Made by a program: the position numbers and the translations under genes. 24,000 bases of DNA, taken from assembly GCA_030523645.1 (NCBI GenBank), contig JAUNIB010000005.1:114860-138859 (forward strand), given 5' to 3'. How positions within the stretch are numbered: the first letter of the stretch is position 1; each line of letters starts with the position of its first letter. The notes under the pieces were generated by a model that was given only the letters and a program-made list of their open reading frames with translations, was not told where the DNA came from and made no database searches. Below, one piece after another: positions 16,306 to 24,000 of the stretch. This stretch comes from Selenomonadaceae bacterium (GTDB taxonomy: Bacteria; Bacillota; Negativicutes; Selenomonadales; Selenomonadaceae).

Positions 16306-17775
16306 TTACTTGTCGAGAGCTTTATGCAGCTCGGCCTTGAGAGCATTGGCATCTTCGATTTCCAGGAGCTGGCCGAGAAGAGCCTTTGCCTTGTTGGCGG
16401 TGATGTAGCGGAGGTTCTTGTGGAAGAACTCGGAAGCGACCTGCGGGAAGAGAGCATAGGAGAGGATGTCTTCCTCCGGCGGGTTCATATAGCCCTGCTG
16501 CTCCAGCTCTGCCTTGAACTCGGCCATGGTCTTTGCCTTGGCATCGTCAGCACGCATATCGGTGATGATGTCTTCTTCGGCGATGTGCATGGTGTTGATG
16601 AGGAAGTCCTTGTCGATAGCCTTCGGGGTCTTGCCGAACTTGCCGCGGGCAAGGTCCTTGACCTCGTTGGGAACCATCTTGTAGCGCTCGCCCAGCATGA
16701 CATTGAAGGTAGCCTGAGTGCCGACAATCTGGCTGGACGGGGTGACGAGCGGCGGATAGCCGAGGTCTGCACGGACACGGGGCATCTCGTCGAGAAGCTC
16801 CTGATATTTGTCTTCCATGCCCTGTTCCTTCAGCTGGTTGACCATGTTGCTGAGCATGCCGCCCGGAATCTGGAAGTCGAGGACATTGGGGTTAACATCG
16901 AAGTAGCCTTTGAGGCCGAATTCCTTAATGAGGTCGCCCTTTACCTTCAGGAAGTGCTGAGAGATGGGGTTGAGAGCCTGACGGTCAAGACCGGTGTCAT
17001 AGGGGGTGCCTACGAGAGTCTCAATCATGGTCTCGGTGCAGGGCTGGCTGGTGTCGCAGGCGAAGGGAGCGAGAGCACAGTCGATAACATCTACGCCGGC
17101 CTCGATTGCCTTCATATAAGTCATGGAGCCAAAGCCGGAGGTGTAGTGGGTGTGGAGCTGAATGGGAACCTTGACAGCCTTCTTCAGCTTCTTGACCAGA
17201 TCTTCGGCAACATAAGGCTTCAGCAGACCGGACATATCCTTGATGCAGACGGAGTGAACGCCCATCTTCTCAAGCTGCTTGGCCAGGTCAACGAAGGTCT
17301 CGTTGGTGTGGAAGGGGCTGATGGTGTATACGAGGCAGCCCTGGACATGGGGCTTCTCTTTGCACTTGAGAGCCTCATCGATAGAGGTCTGGAGATTGTC
17401 GATGTCGTTGAGGGCATCGAAGATGCGGAATACTTTTACGCCGTGCTCGGAAGCCTTGCGGACGAAGGCGCGGACAACATCATCATTATAATGATTGTAG
17501 CCCAGTAGATTCTGGCCGCGGAGGAGCATCTGAATCGGGGTATTCTTCAAGTGAGAGCGGAGTATGTCGAGGCGCTCCCAGGGATCCTCGTTCAGGAAGC
17601 GGAGGCAGCTGTCAAAGGTAGCACCGCCCCATGCTTCCAAAGAATTATAGCCGATAGCATCAAGGGCATCAAGCTGAGGAATCATCTGCTCAATGCGCAT
17701 GCGGGTAGCACACAGGGACTGGTGGGCGTCACGCAGGATTGTTTCGGTAATTTTTACGGGTTTTTTGGCTGTCAT
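16306..17775 (-). CDS. oadA: Oxaloacetate decarboxylase alpha subunit / pyruvate carboxylase subunit B-type carboxyltransferase (no biotinyl domain)
   Basis: 'ITETILRDAHQSLCATRMRIEQMIPQLDALDAIGYNSLEAWGGATFDSCLRFLNEDPWERL', 'IQLHTHYTSGFGSMTYMKAIEAGVDVIDCA'; start at MTAKKPVK with RBS. Confidence 0.9.
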   Translation of the reverse strand: MTAKKPVKITETILRDAHQSLCATRMRIEQMIPQLDALDAIGYNSLEAWGGATFDSCLRFLNEDPWERLDILRSHLKNTPIQMLLRGQNLLGYNHYNDDVVRAFVRKASEHGVKVFRIFDALNDIDNLQTSIDEALKCKEKPHVQGCLVYTISPFHTNETFVDLAKQLEKMGVHSVCIKDMSGLLKPYVAEDLVKKLKKAVKVPIQLHTHYTSGFGSMTYMKAIEAGVDVIDCALAPFACDTSQPCTETMIETLVGTPYDTGLDRQALNPISQHFLKVKGDLIKEFGLKGYFDVNPNVLDFQIPGGMLSNMVNQLKEQGMEDKYQELLDEMPRVRADLGYPPLVTPSSQIVGTQATFNVMLGERYKMVPNEVKDLARGKFGKTPKAIDKDFLINTMHIAEEDIITDMRADDAKAKTMAEFKAELEQQGYMNPPEEDILSYALFPQVASEFFHKNLRYITANKAKALLGQLLEIEDANALKAELHKALDK

Positions 17776-17946
17776 TATTATACCTCTCTCTTTAATTTTG
17801 CCGCAAAAAGGCGACAGGTGAAATATGACTTTATCCATCAGTATATTGTTTGGCTAGTGGAATGTCAATGAAATTTGAAATGAATACATGTAAACATAGC
17901 ACAAAATGATGTGGTTTTTAATCGGTAAGAAAAACTGTGAGAAAGC

Positions 17947-17972
17947 ATAATGTATAAATATACATTATGCAA
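17947..17972. promoter_or_regulatory. Perfect 12+2+12 palindrome, operator-like (ARG-box-like)
   Basis: GCATAATGTATA-AA-TATACATTATGC in the divergent intergenic region. Confidence 0.6.
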
Positions 17973-18012
17973 TGTTTTTTGAATTTTTTATGAAAGGAGA
18001 TGTGATTTTCTG

Positions 18013-18041
18013 TTGCGGGAACTGCATAAATGGTGTAAAAT
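18013..18041 (+). promoter_or_regulatory. Candidate promoter TTGCGG-N17-TAAAAT for the TAXI-TRAP operon
   Basis: Spacing and position ~65 bp upstream of the receptor start. Confidence 0.4.
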
Positions 18042-18105
18042 AGCGACAGCAGTTTATAGGTTTAGTCTAAAAATTGTACGAGAATCTTAAAGGAGGAGAG
18101 ACTTA

Positions 18106-19131
18106 ATGAAAAAACTGTTTGCGATGCTGATGGCTCTCATGGTCTCCGCTGCAATGTTCACCGGCTGCGGTGGCGGAGATAAGAAGGCTGAGGCTCCTAA
18201 GGATCAGAAGGCACAGAGCCAGAAGGTTGACCGTTCCAAGGAATTCGTCACTGTGCTTACCGGTCCGACCAGCGGTATTTATTTCCCCATCGGCGGTGCA
18301 TTCTCCAAGGTAGTTGGTGAGATGGGCTACAAGACCAGCGCTACTGCTACCGGTGCTACCGGCGAAAACATCAATGCAATCCTCACCGGCAAGGGCGAGA
18401 TGGCCATTGCCATGTCCGACTCCGTCATTCAGGCTGTTGAAGGCTTCGGCGCTTATGAAGGCAAGCCGAAAGCTACCGACCTCCGCGTAATGATGGGTCT
18501 GTGGCCGAATGTTGTCCAGATTGTTACCACTGCCGACAGCGGCATCAAGACTTTCAAGGACATCAAGGGCAAGCGTGTAGGCGTAGGCGCTCCGAACTCC
18601 GGTGTTGAGCTGAACGCTCGTATGATTTTCGAGGCCAACGGCATGAGCTATGCCGATGCCAAGGTTGACTACCTCTCCTACGGTGAGGCTATCGACCAGA
18701 TGAAGAACGGTCAGTGCGATGTTGCATTCGTTACCTCCGGTCTCGGCAACGCTACCATCAAGGAGCTGGGTACTGCTAAGGAAGTTGTATTCGTTCCGGT
18801 TGATGGCGATGCTCTGAAGAACCTTACCAAGAAGTATCCCTTCTACATCGAGTGGAAGATTCCGAAGGAAACCTACGGCACCAAGGCTGACACTGTCACC
18901 GCTGCTGTTATGAATGTAATGCTCGTATCCAAGAACCTCTCTGATGATGTTGTATATGATATCCTTGATGGTATCTACAGCCAGAAGGGTCTTGAGACCA
19001 TCGGTGCTTCCCACGCTACTGCAAAGCGCGAGATTAAGCCCGAGACTGCTCTCCGCGGTATTACCGGCACCAGCCTGAAGCTCCATCCGGGTGCTGAGAA
19101 GTACTACAAGGCAAAGGGCATCATTAAGTAA
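18106..19131 (+). CDS. TAXI family TRAP transporter solute-binding lipoprotein
   Basis: Lipobox 'VSAAMFTGCGGG'; 'TGPTSGIYFPIGGAFSKVV...GATGENINAILTGKGEMAIAMSDSV'; RBS aaaggagg. Confidence 0.93.
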   Translation: MKKLFAMLMALMVSAAMFTGCGGGDKKAEAPKDQKAQSQKVDRSKEFVTVLTGPTSGIYFPIGGAFSKVVGEMGYKTSATATGATGENINAILTGKGEMAIAMSDSVIQAVEGFGAYEGKPKATDLRVMMGLWPNVVQIVTTADSGIKTFKDIKGKRVGVGAPNSGVELNARMIFEANGMSYADAKVDYLSYGEAIDQMKNGQCDVAFVTSGLGNATIKELGTAKEVVFVPVDGDALKNLTKKYPFYIEWKIPKETYGTKADTVTAAVMNVMLVSKNLSDDVVYDILDGIYSQKGLETIGASHATAKREIKPETALRGITGTSLKLHPGAEKYYKAKGIIK

Positions 19132-19161
19132 TACAGGACTGAGATTTGACTAAACCATAAA

Positions 19162-19665
19162 ATGAATATCGTACGCAAGAATCTAATTGCTTGCTTTGCA
19201 CTCCTCATAGCTGCCGCCTCGCTGTACGCGGGGTGGCAGTGGTGGGGGAGTCCGGAGCGGCTTCTCAGAATATACGACTATGAGACCGGCGAGCTGATTC
19301 GTCAGGAGCAGGTCAAGGTCGGAGACAGGCTGTTTTTCGGCTGGGTTCATTCCTGGGAGAAGATTCCCTGGCACGAGTATTATCACATAGAGAAAGATAA
19401 TTCACTGGTGCTTGATACTATCGCTTATCCCGCCTTTGGAGCAGGTATTCCCGAGAATAAGGGAAAGAAGTGCTACATAAAGGACAAGATGATATATATG
19501 GATGAAATCGGTCAGGTTTTCAAGCAATTTGATTGGATAAATTCACATTTCGCCACAAGAGATATTAAACTCAACGATGAGCTTTTGATGACGGGGAAGG
19601 ATTTGCCCGAGCATCGAAGGCTTATTTTACGCATTGAAGAAAGGAGGCTGTGGAATGGAGGATAA
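19162..19665 (+). CDS. DUF1850 domain-containing protein (TAXI-TRAP associated)
   Basis: 'GDRLFFGWVHSWEKIPWHEYYHI...' between the TAXI receptor and the TRAP permease. Confidence 0.8.
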   Translation: MNIVRKNLIACFALLIAAASLYAGWQWWGSPERLLRIYDYETGELIRQEQVKVGDRLFFGWVHSWEKIPWHEYYHIEKDNSLVLDTIAYPAFGAGIPENKGKKCYIKDKMIYMDEIGQVFKQFDWINSHFATRDIKLNDELLMTGKDLPEHRRLILRIEERRLWNGG

Positions 19666-21628
19666 CAAGAAGACGGAGGACATTGCCGTTCAGCTGTCCA
19701 CCGATGGTGAGCTGGATGAGAAGTCCGAGGCCGTCCTTAAAAAGCACGATAAAGAATCCGCCACCAGGAAGCTGGCAGGCGCTGTTAAAAAGATTTTCTT
19801 CATCGCCTGCGTTCTCGTTTCCTGCTACCACCTCTATACGGCCGCCTTCGGCCCCCCGGTTACATTGGTGCATCGCTCTCTGCATGTTTCTATGATGCTG
19901 GCGCTGTGCTTCATCATGTATCCGTTTTCGAAAAAATCAGACCATACCAAGCCCAGTATCGTTGATTGGGTACTCGTTCTGCTGTCCTTTGCTGCACCTG
20001 CATACATTTATACCGATTATTTGGGAGTAGTAGAGCGAGCCGGTAATGCCAATCAGACAGATATGATCATGGCTACCTTGCTGGTGGCACTGGTTCTTGA
20101 GGCCAGCCGCCGCGTATCCGGCAACGCCCTGTCTATTCTGAGCCTTGTCTTTATCGGTTATGGTCTGTACGGTCGCAGTATGCCCGGTATGTTTATGCAC
20201 CGCGGCTATGACTGGACCTCCCTTTCCAACCATTTCTTTGCTAATACCGAGGGTATCTACGGTACCTCCGTCAGTGTTGCAGCCAGCTATATCTTCCTGT
20301 TCATACTGTTCGGCTGCGTCATGCAGAAGTCCGGTATGGGACAGTTCTTTAACGATATTGCACTGGCTCTCGCCGGCCATACCAAGGGCGGTCCGGCAAA
20401 GGTTTCCGTAATTGCTTCCGGCTTCCTTGGTTCCATCAACGGCTCGGCGGTTGCCAACGTCGTTACCACCGGCGCATTCACCATCCCTCTGATGAAAAAG
20501 ACCGGCTATTCCAAGGAATTTGCCGGTGCTGTAGAGTCCGCTGCTTCTGTCGGCGGTCAGCTGCTGCCGCCTATCATGGGCGCAGCTGCCTTCATCATGG
20601 CTGAGATGCTCAGTGTCAAGTATTCCTCCATCATCGTATGGGCGGCTGTACCGGCACTGCTCTATTATCTGGGTATCATTATTCAGGTACAGCTTAGAGC
20701 ATCCAAGGATGGTCTGGTAGGTCTGCCGAAGGATCAGCTTCCCAAGACCGGTGAAGTACTGAAGCGTCAGGGTCACCTGCTGCTGCCGGTATTCTTCCTG
20801 CTCTACATGCTGTTCTTCTCCGGCACCACCGTTATCTACTCTGCGGTTCTCACCATTCTGGTGACGATCGTGGTTTCCTGGTTCAAGAAGGAAACCCGGA
20901 TGACCCCGTCCGACTTGATAGATGCACTGGCTGACGGTGCCAGGCAGACCGTATCCGTTGCTATCGCCTGCGCCTGCGTAGGTATTATCATCGGTGTTTC
21001 CTCCAAGACCGGTTTCGGTCTGACTATGGCCAACACCATTATTTCTCTTGGCGATACCAGCATCCTCTTCACGCTGGTGTTCACCATGATTACCTGCATG
21101 ATTCTCGGTATGGGTCTGCCGTCTATTCCGGCATACATCATTACCGCTTCCATCGCTGCTCCGGCTCTTGCCAAGCTTGGCATTGCTCCGGCTGCTGCCC
21201 ACATGTTCAGCTTCTACTATGCGATGTTCGCAAACCTGACACCGCCGGTAGCGCTGGCTTCCTTTGCGGCTGCAGGTCTTTCCGGCGGCGATCCCATGAA
21301 GACCGGCGTTGCTTCCGTAAAGCTGGCTATCGCAGGCTTCATCGTTCCCTTTATGTTCGTCTATGCACCCCAGCTTATGCTCATTAATACCACTCTGGCG
21401 GAGGGTACTACTGTTGCCCTTACCGGCTGTCTCGGCGTATTCCTCATTGCAGTTGCAGTCGAGGGCTACTTCCTGGCACCGGTTGCCATGTGGCTGAGAG
21501 CGGTTGCTACCGTTGGTGCATTGATGCTCATCAAGCCGGGTCTCGACACCGATATCATCGGCATCGTCGTAATGGTAGTGCTGTACTTCCTCCAGAGGAA
21601 GAAGGCTTCTGCTGCAGCAGCGACCTGA
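19655..21628 (+). CDS. TRAP transporter fused permease subunit
   Basis: Multi-TM; 'GSINGSAVANVVTTGAFTIPLMKKTGYSKEFAGAVESAASVGGQLLPPIMGAAAFIMAE'; start overlaps the end of DUF1850. Confidence 0.93.
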   Translation: MEDNKKTEDIAVQLSTDGELDEKSEAVLKKHDKESATRKLAGAVKKIFFIACVLVSCYHLYTAAFGPPVTLVHRSLHVSMMLALCFIMYPFSKKSDHTKPSIVDWVLVLLSFAAPAYIYTDYLGVVERAGNANQTDMIMATLLVALVLEASRRVSGNALSILSLVFIGYGLYGRSMPGMFMHRGYDWTSLSNHFFANTEGIYGTSVSVAASYIFLFILFGCVMQKSGMGQFFNDIALALAGHTKGGPAKVSVIASGFLGSINGSAVANVVTTGAFTIPLMKKTGYSKEFAGAVESAASVGGQLLPPIMGAAAFIMAEMLSVKYSSIIVWAAVPALLYYLGIIIQVQLRASKDGLVGLPKDQLPKTGEVLKRQGHLLLPVFFLLYMLFFSGTTVIYSAVLTILVTIVVSWFKKETRMTPSDLIDALADGARQTVSVAIACACVGIIIGVSSKTGFGLTMANTIISLGDTSILFTLVFTMITCMILGMGLPSIPAYIITASIAAPALAKLGIAPAAAHMFSFYYAMFANLTPPVALASFAAAGLSGGDPMKTGVASVKLAIAGFIVPFMFVYAPQLMLINTTLAEGTTVALTGCLGVFLIAVAVEGYFLAPVAMWLRAVATVGALMLIKPGLDTDIIGIVVMVVLYFLQRKKASAAAAT

Positions 21629-21650
21629 CGAAAAGCTACATTAAATACAC

Positions 21651-21684
21651 AATCACCGATGGCTTACGGCCATCGGTGATTTTA
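21651..21684 (+). terminator. Rho-independent terminator after the TRAP operon
   Basis: AATCACCGATGGC/GCCATCGGTGATTTT. Confidence 0.85.
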
Positions 21685-21800
21685 CTTTATTTCCATCAAA
21701 TAGTGTGATATAATGCAATGATGGATTAGGCTCTAATGGGCTTATTTATGTTGTTCATTATTAAACACGAATGTTTCTGCTTTGAGCAGGGAGGAGCTAA

Positions 21801-24000
21801 ATGGAAAAGAATGATGCGTCCAAAACCGGCAGAGCCACGAAGGCCGGAACCGGTGAAAACCGGACGCGAAAGAAAAAGAAGAGCGGTATGGGCAAAGCGG
21901 TCCGCATTGTCAGCTACTTCACGCTGGTAGTATTTATCCTGCTGGCTGGCATCGGCTGCGGCTTTGTAACGGCGACCCTGAACACGAAGGATGACATCAC
22001 GGATATCAACCCGGTGGCATCTTCTCATATCTATGATGTGAAGGGCAGGGAAATCACCAGCATCCACGCCGAGGAAAACCGCGTGCCGGTGAAGCTGGCT
22101 AATATCCCAAAGGAGCTGCAGGACGCTTTCGTCTGTATAGAAGACAGACGATTTGATGACCACTTCGGTGTTGACCCCTGGGGTATTCTTCGTGCAGCAG
22201 TTGCCAATGTACTTGGCGGCTCTGTCCGTGAGGGCGGCTCCACCATCACCCAGCAGCTGGCAAAGAATGCCTATCTGACTCAGGAGCGTACCCTGCAGCG
22301 TAAGGTGCAGGAGGTATTCCTGGCTATCAAGCTGGAGCGCAAATATACCAAGGACGAAATCCTTGAAATGTATCTCAATCAGATTTATTTCGGACAGGGT
22401 GCCTACGGCGTAGAGGCTGCGGCTCTTACTTATTTCGGCAAGCATGCCAGCGAGCTGAGCCTCAATGAGTGTGCAATGCTGGCCGGTGTCCCCAAGAGCC
22501 CCAATTATTATTCACCCTTCCATCGGGAGGGCGACAGCTGGCCGGCTCAGGAACGAATGATGGTGGTTCTCGATTCCATGCAGAAGTTCGGCCGTCCCGC
22601 CAAGAAGCGTTCCTATGGCAGTGCTTTAATCAATGAGGCAAAGAATACGCCTATCAAACTCAGGGATATAAAGAAGGGTGAGCAGGAGGAGGCCTCCTAC
22701 TTCATAGATTATGTTCTGCAGGAGCTTATTGCTGATCCCCGGTTCGGTGCCGATGCCGTTTACATGAACGGTCTGAAGATATACACCACCATCGACCTCG
22801 ACCTTCAGCGCTATGCGGAGCAGGCGGTCAAGAACAATCTGCCGCTCTATTCCAAGTACAATGGTATTCAGCAGCCGCAGGCCGCACTGGTGGCAATCAA
22901 TCCCCACAACGGCTATATACAGGCCATGGTAGGCGGCCGCGGCACAGACCAGTTCAACCGTGCTGTATTGGCTACCAGACAGCCCGGCTCCGCCATGAAG
23001 CCTTTCGTCTTTGCGGCAGCGCTTACCGAGAATTTCACGCCTGACACCATCATTGAGGATAGCCCCATAAAGATTGGTGACTGGGAGCCGATGAACTATA
23101 ACCGCAACTTTAATGGTAAGGTTCCGCTCCGTACCGTAGCGACCTTCTCTCTGAATGTTCCTACCGTCCGCATTGCTCAGGCAGTGGGCATGGGCAAGGT
23201 CATCGATCTGGCAGAGAAAATGGGTATCACCACACTGGTTCGTGAGGGCAGCATGAACGACATGAATCTGGCCTCTTCCCTCGGCGGTCTTACCCGAGGC
23301 GTTACTCCTTTGGAGATTACCAGTGCTTACGGTACCTTTGCAAACTACGGTGTCCATGTGCCGGCTACCGGCATCATAAAGGTCTGCGACCGTTATGACA
23401 ATGTACTTTATCAGGCAGAGGCAGCTCCCACCACGGTTTTCTCTGAGGAAATCGCCACAGAGATGAACGATATGCTCCAGTCGGTAGTCTTAGCCGGTAC
23501 CGGTACGGGAGCGAACATTGGTCGCCCGGCTGCAGGTAAGACAGGTACTACCAGTGATTACCTTGATGCATGGTTTGTCGGCTATACACCGGACCTTGTT
23601 ACCGGTGTATGGATTGGCTGCGATGACAATGAAGACCTTGACGGCATGACCGGCGGTACCCTGCCGGCTTCCATCTGGCAGGTGTTCATGTCTGCAGCGA
23701 CCAAGGGTATGCCGGTGAAATACTTTGACGGCAGCCGCCGCTCCGTCGCAAAGCCGGTAAAAGAAATCCTTGACCCCAATTCCAAGGGCAAAAATGATCC
23801 CAAGAAGAAGACCGGCAAGGACGGTAAGACTTCGGTAAAGGGCAAGACCGAGGCCCCGGCCGGCAAGGAAACCCCGAAGAAGAATGAAGCGCCTGAGTCG
23901 GCGCCCGAAAAGAATACCGCTCCGGCGGCCCAGCAGGCTCCGGCCCCGTCAGCTCCCCCTCCAGCCGGTCCTTCAATCGGTGCAGGCGGTAAGGGAAAGA
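21801..24000 (+). CDS. Class A penicillin-binding protein (PBP1A-type), 3' truncated by the window end
   Basis: Manual translation: TM 'YFTLVVFILLAGIGCGFV', glycosyltransferase 'EDRRFDDHFGVDPWGILRAAVANV..EGGSTITQQLAKN', transpeptidase 'RQPGSAMKPFVF', 'KTGTTSDYLDAWFVGYTP'; RBS gggaggag; absent from the ORF track. Confidence 0.95.
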   Translation, partial: MEKNDASKTGRATKAGTGENRTRKKKKSGMGKAVRIVSYFTLVVFILLAGIGCGFVTATLNTKDDITDINPVASSHIYDVKGREITSIHAEENRVPVKLANIPKELQDAFVCIEDRRFDDHFGVDPWGILRAAVANVLGGSVREGGSTITQQLAKNAYLTQERTLQRKVQEVFLAIKLERKYTKDEILEMYLNQIYFGQGAYGVEAAALTYFGKHASELSLNECAMLAGVPKSPNYYSPFHREGDSWPAQERMMVVLDSMQKFGRPAKKRSYGSALINEAKNTPIKLRDIKKGEQEEASYFIDYVLQELIADPRFGADAVYMNGLKIYTTIDLDLQRYAEQAVKNNLPLYSKYNGIQQPQAALVAINPHNGYIQAMVGGRGTDQFNRAVLATRQPGSAMKPFVFAAALTENFTPDTIIEDSPIKIGDWEPMNYNRNFNGKVPLRTVATFSLNVPTVRIAQAVGMGKVIDLAEKMGITTLVREGSMNDMNLASSLGGLTRGVTPLEITSAYGTFANYGVHVPATGIIKVCDRYDNVLYQAEAAPTTVFSEEIATEMNDMLQSVVLAGTGTGANIGRPAAGKTGTTSDYLDAWFVGYTPDLVTGVWIGCDDNEDLDGMTGGTLPASIWQVFMSAATKGMPVKYFDGSRRSVAKPVKEILDPNSKGKNDPKKKTGKDGKTSVKGKTEAPAGKETPKKNEAPESAPEKNTAPAAQQAPAPSAPPPAGPSIGAGGKGK

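Noticed and set aside
16324-17508. 394-aa plus-strand ORF and several shorter ORFs on both strands
   Set aside because: Fully antisense/out of frame to the clearly conserved carboxyltransferase gene; composition is a mirror of its codons and no RBS or family motif is visible.
18103-19086. 327-aa minus-strand ORF
   Set aside because: Antisense to the TAXI receptor, which has a lipobox, RBS and strong family motifs.
19937-21202. 421-aa minus-strand ORF
   Set aside because: Antisense to the TRAP permease; low-complexity His/Gly/Gln-rich shadow translation.
21726-23357. Minus-strand ORFs (239 and 243 aa) in the PBP region
   Set aside because: The plus strand carries a continuous class A PBP frame from 21801 that the track omits; these are shadow ORFs.

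Overview
The window looks like a Firmicutes/Negativicutes-type genome segment. A decaying accessory (defence-like) island at about 0.6-12.4 kb is flanked by ordinary chromosomal genes. Left edge: the 3' part of a class I SAM methyltransferase. Island contents: an array of GC-rich palindromic repeats; degenerate XRE, IS30 and IS200/IS605 TnpA remnants; a compact restriction-modification locus with two C5 cytosine methyltransferases on the outside and two tandem paralogous PD-(D/E)XK-like proteins inside, plus one small ORF; two separated paralogous proteins with an HEPN-like RNxxxH motif; a possible BECR-fold (PBECR4-like) nuclease; a frameshifted membrane protein; an Rpn-family C-terminal remnant; and two copies of a conserved ~200 nt noncoding element with a strong terminator, one copy with a good sigma70-type promoter. 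Right side (12.4-24 kb): a small hypothetical, an exported protein, a hybrid sensor histidine kinase, a DUF1858 protein, an oxaloacetate decarboxylase alpha/pyruvate carboxylase B-type carboxyltransferase, a TAXI-TRAP transporter operon (receptor, DUF1850, fused permease) and a class A penicillin-binding protein that runs off the window and is missing from the supplied ORF track. The best candidates for follow-up are the duplicated structured RNA with its neighbouring nuclease/HEPN genes, and the two-REase/two-MTase system, which may be heterodimeric. All family calls are from reading the sequence; no database search was run.
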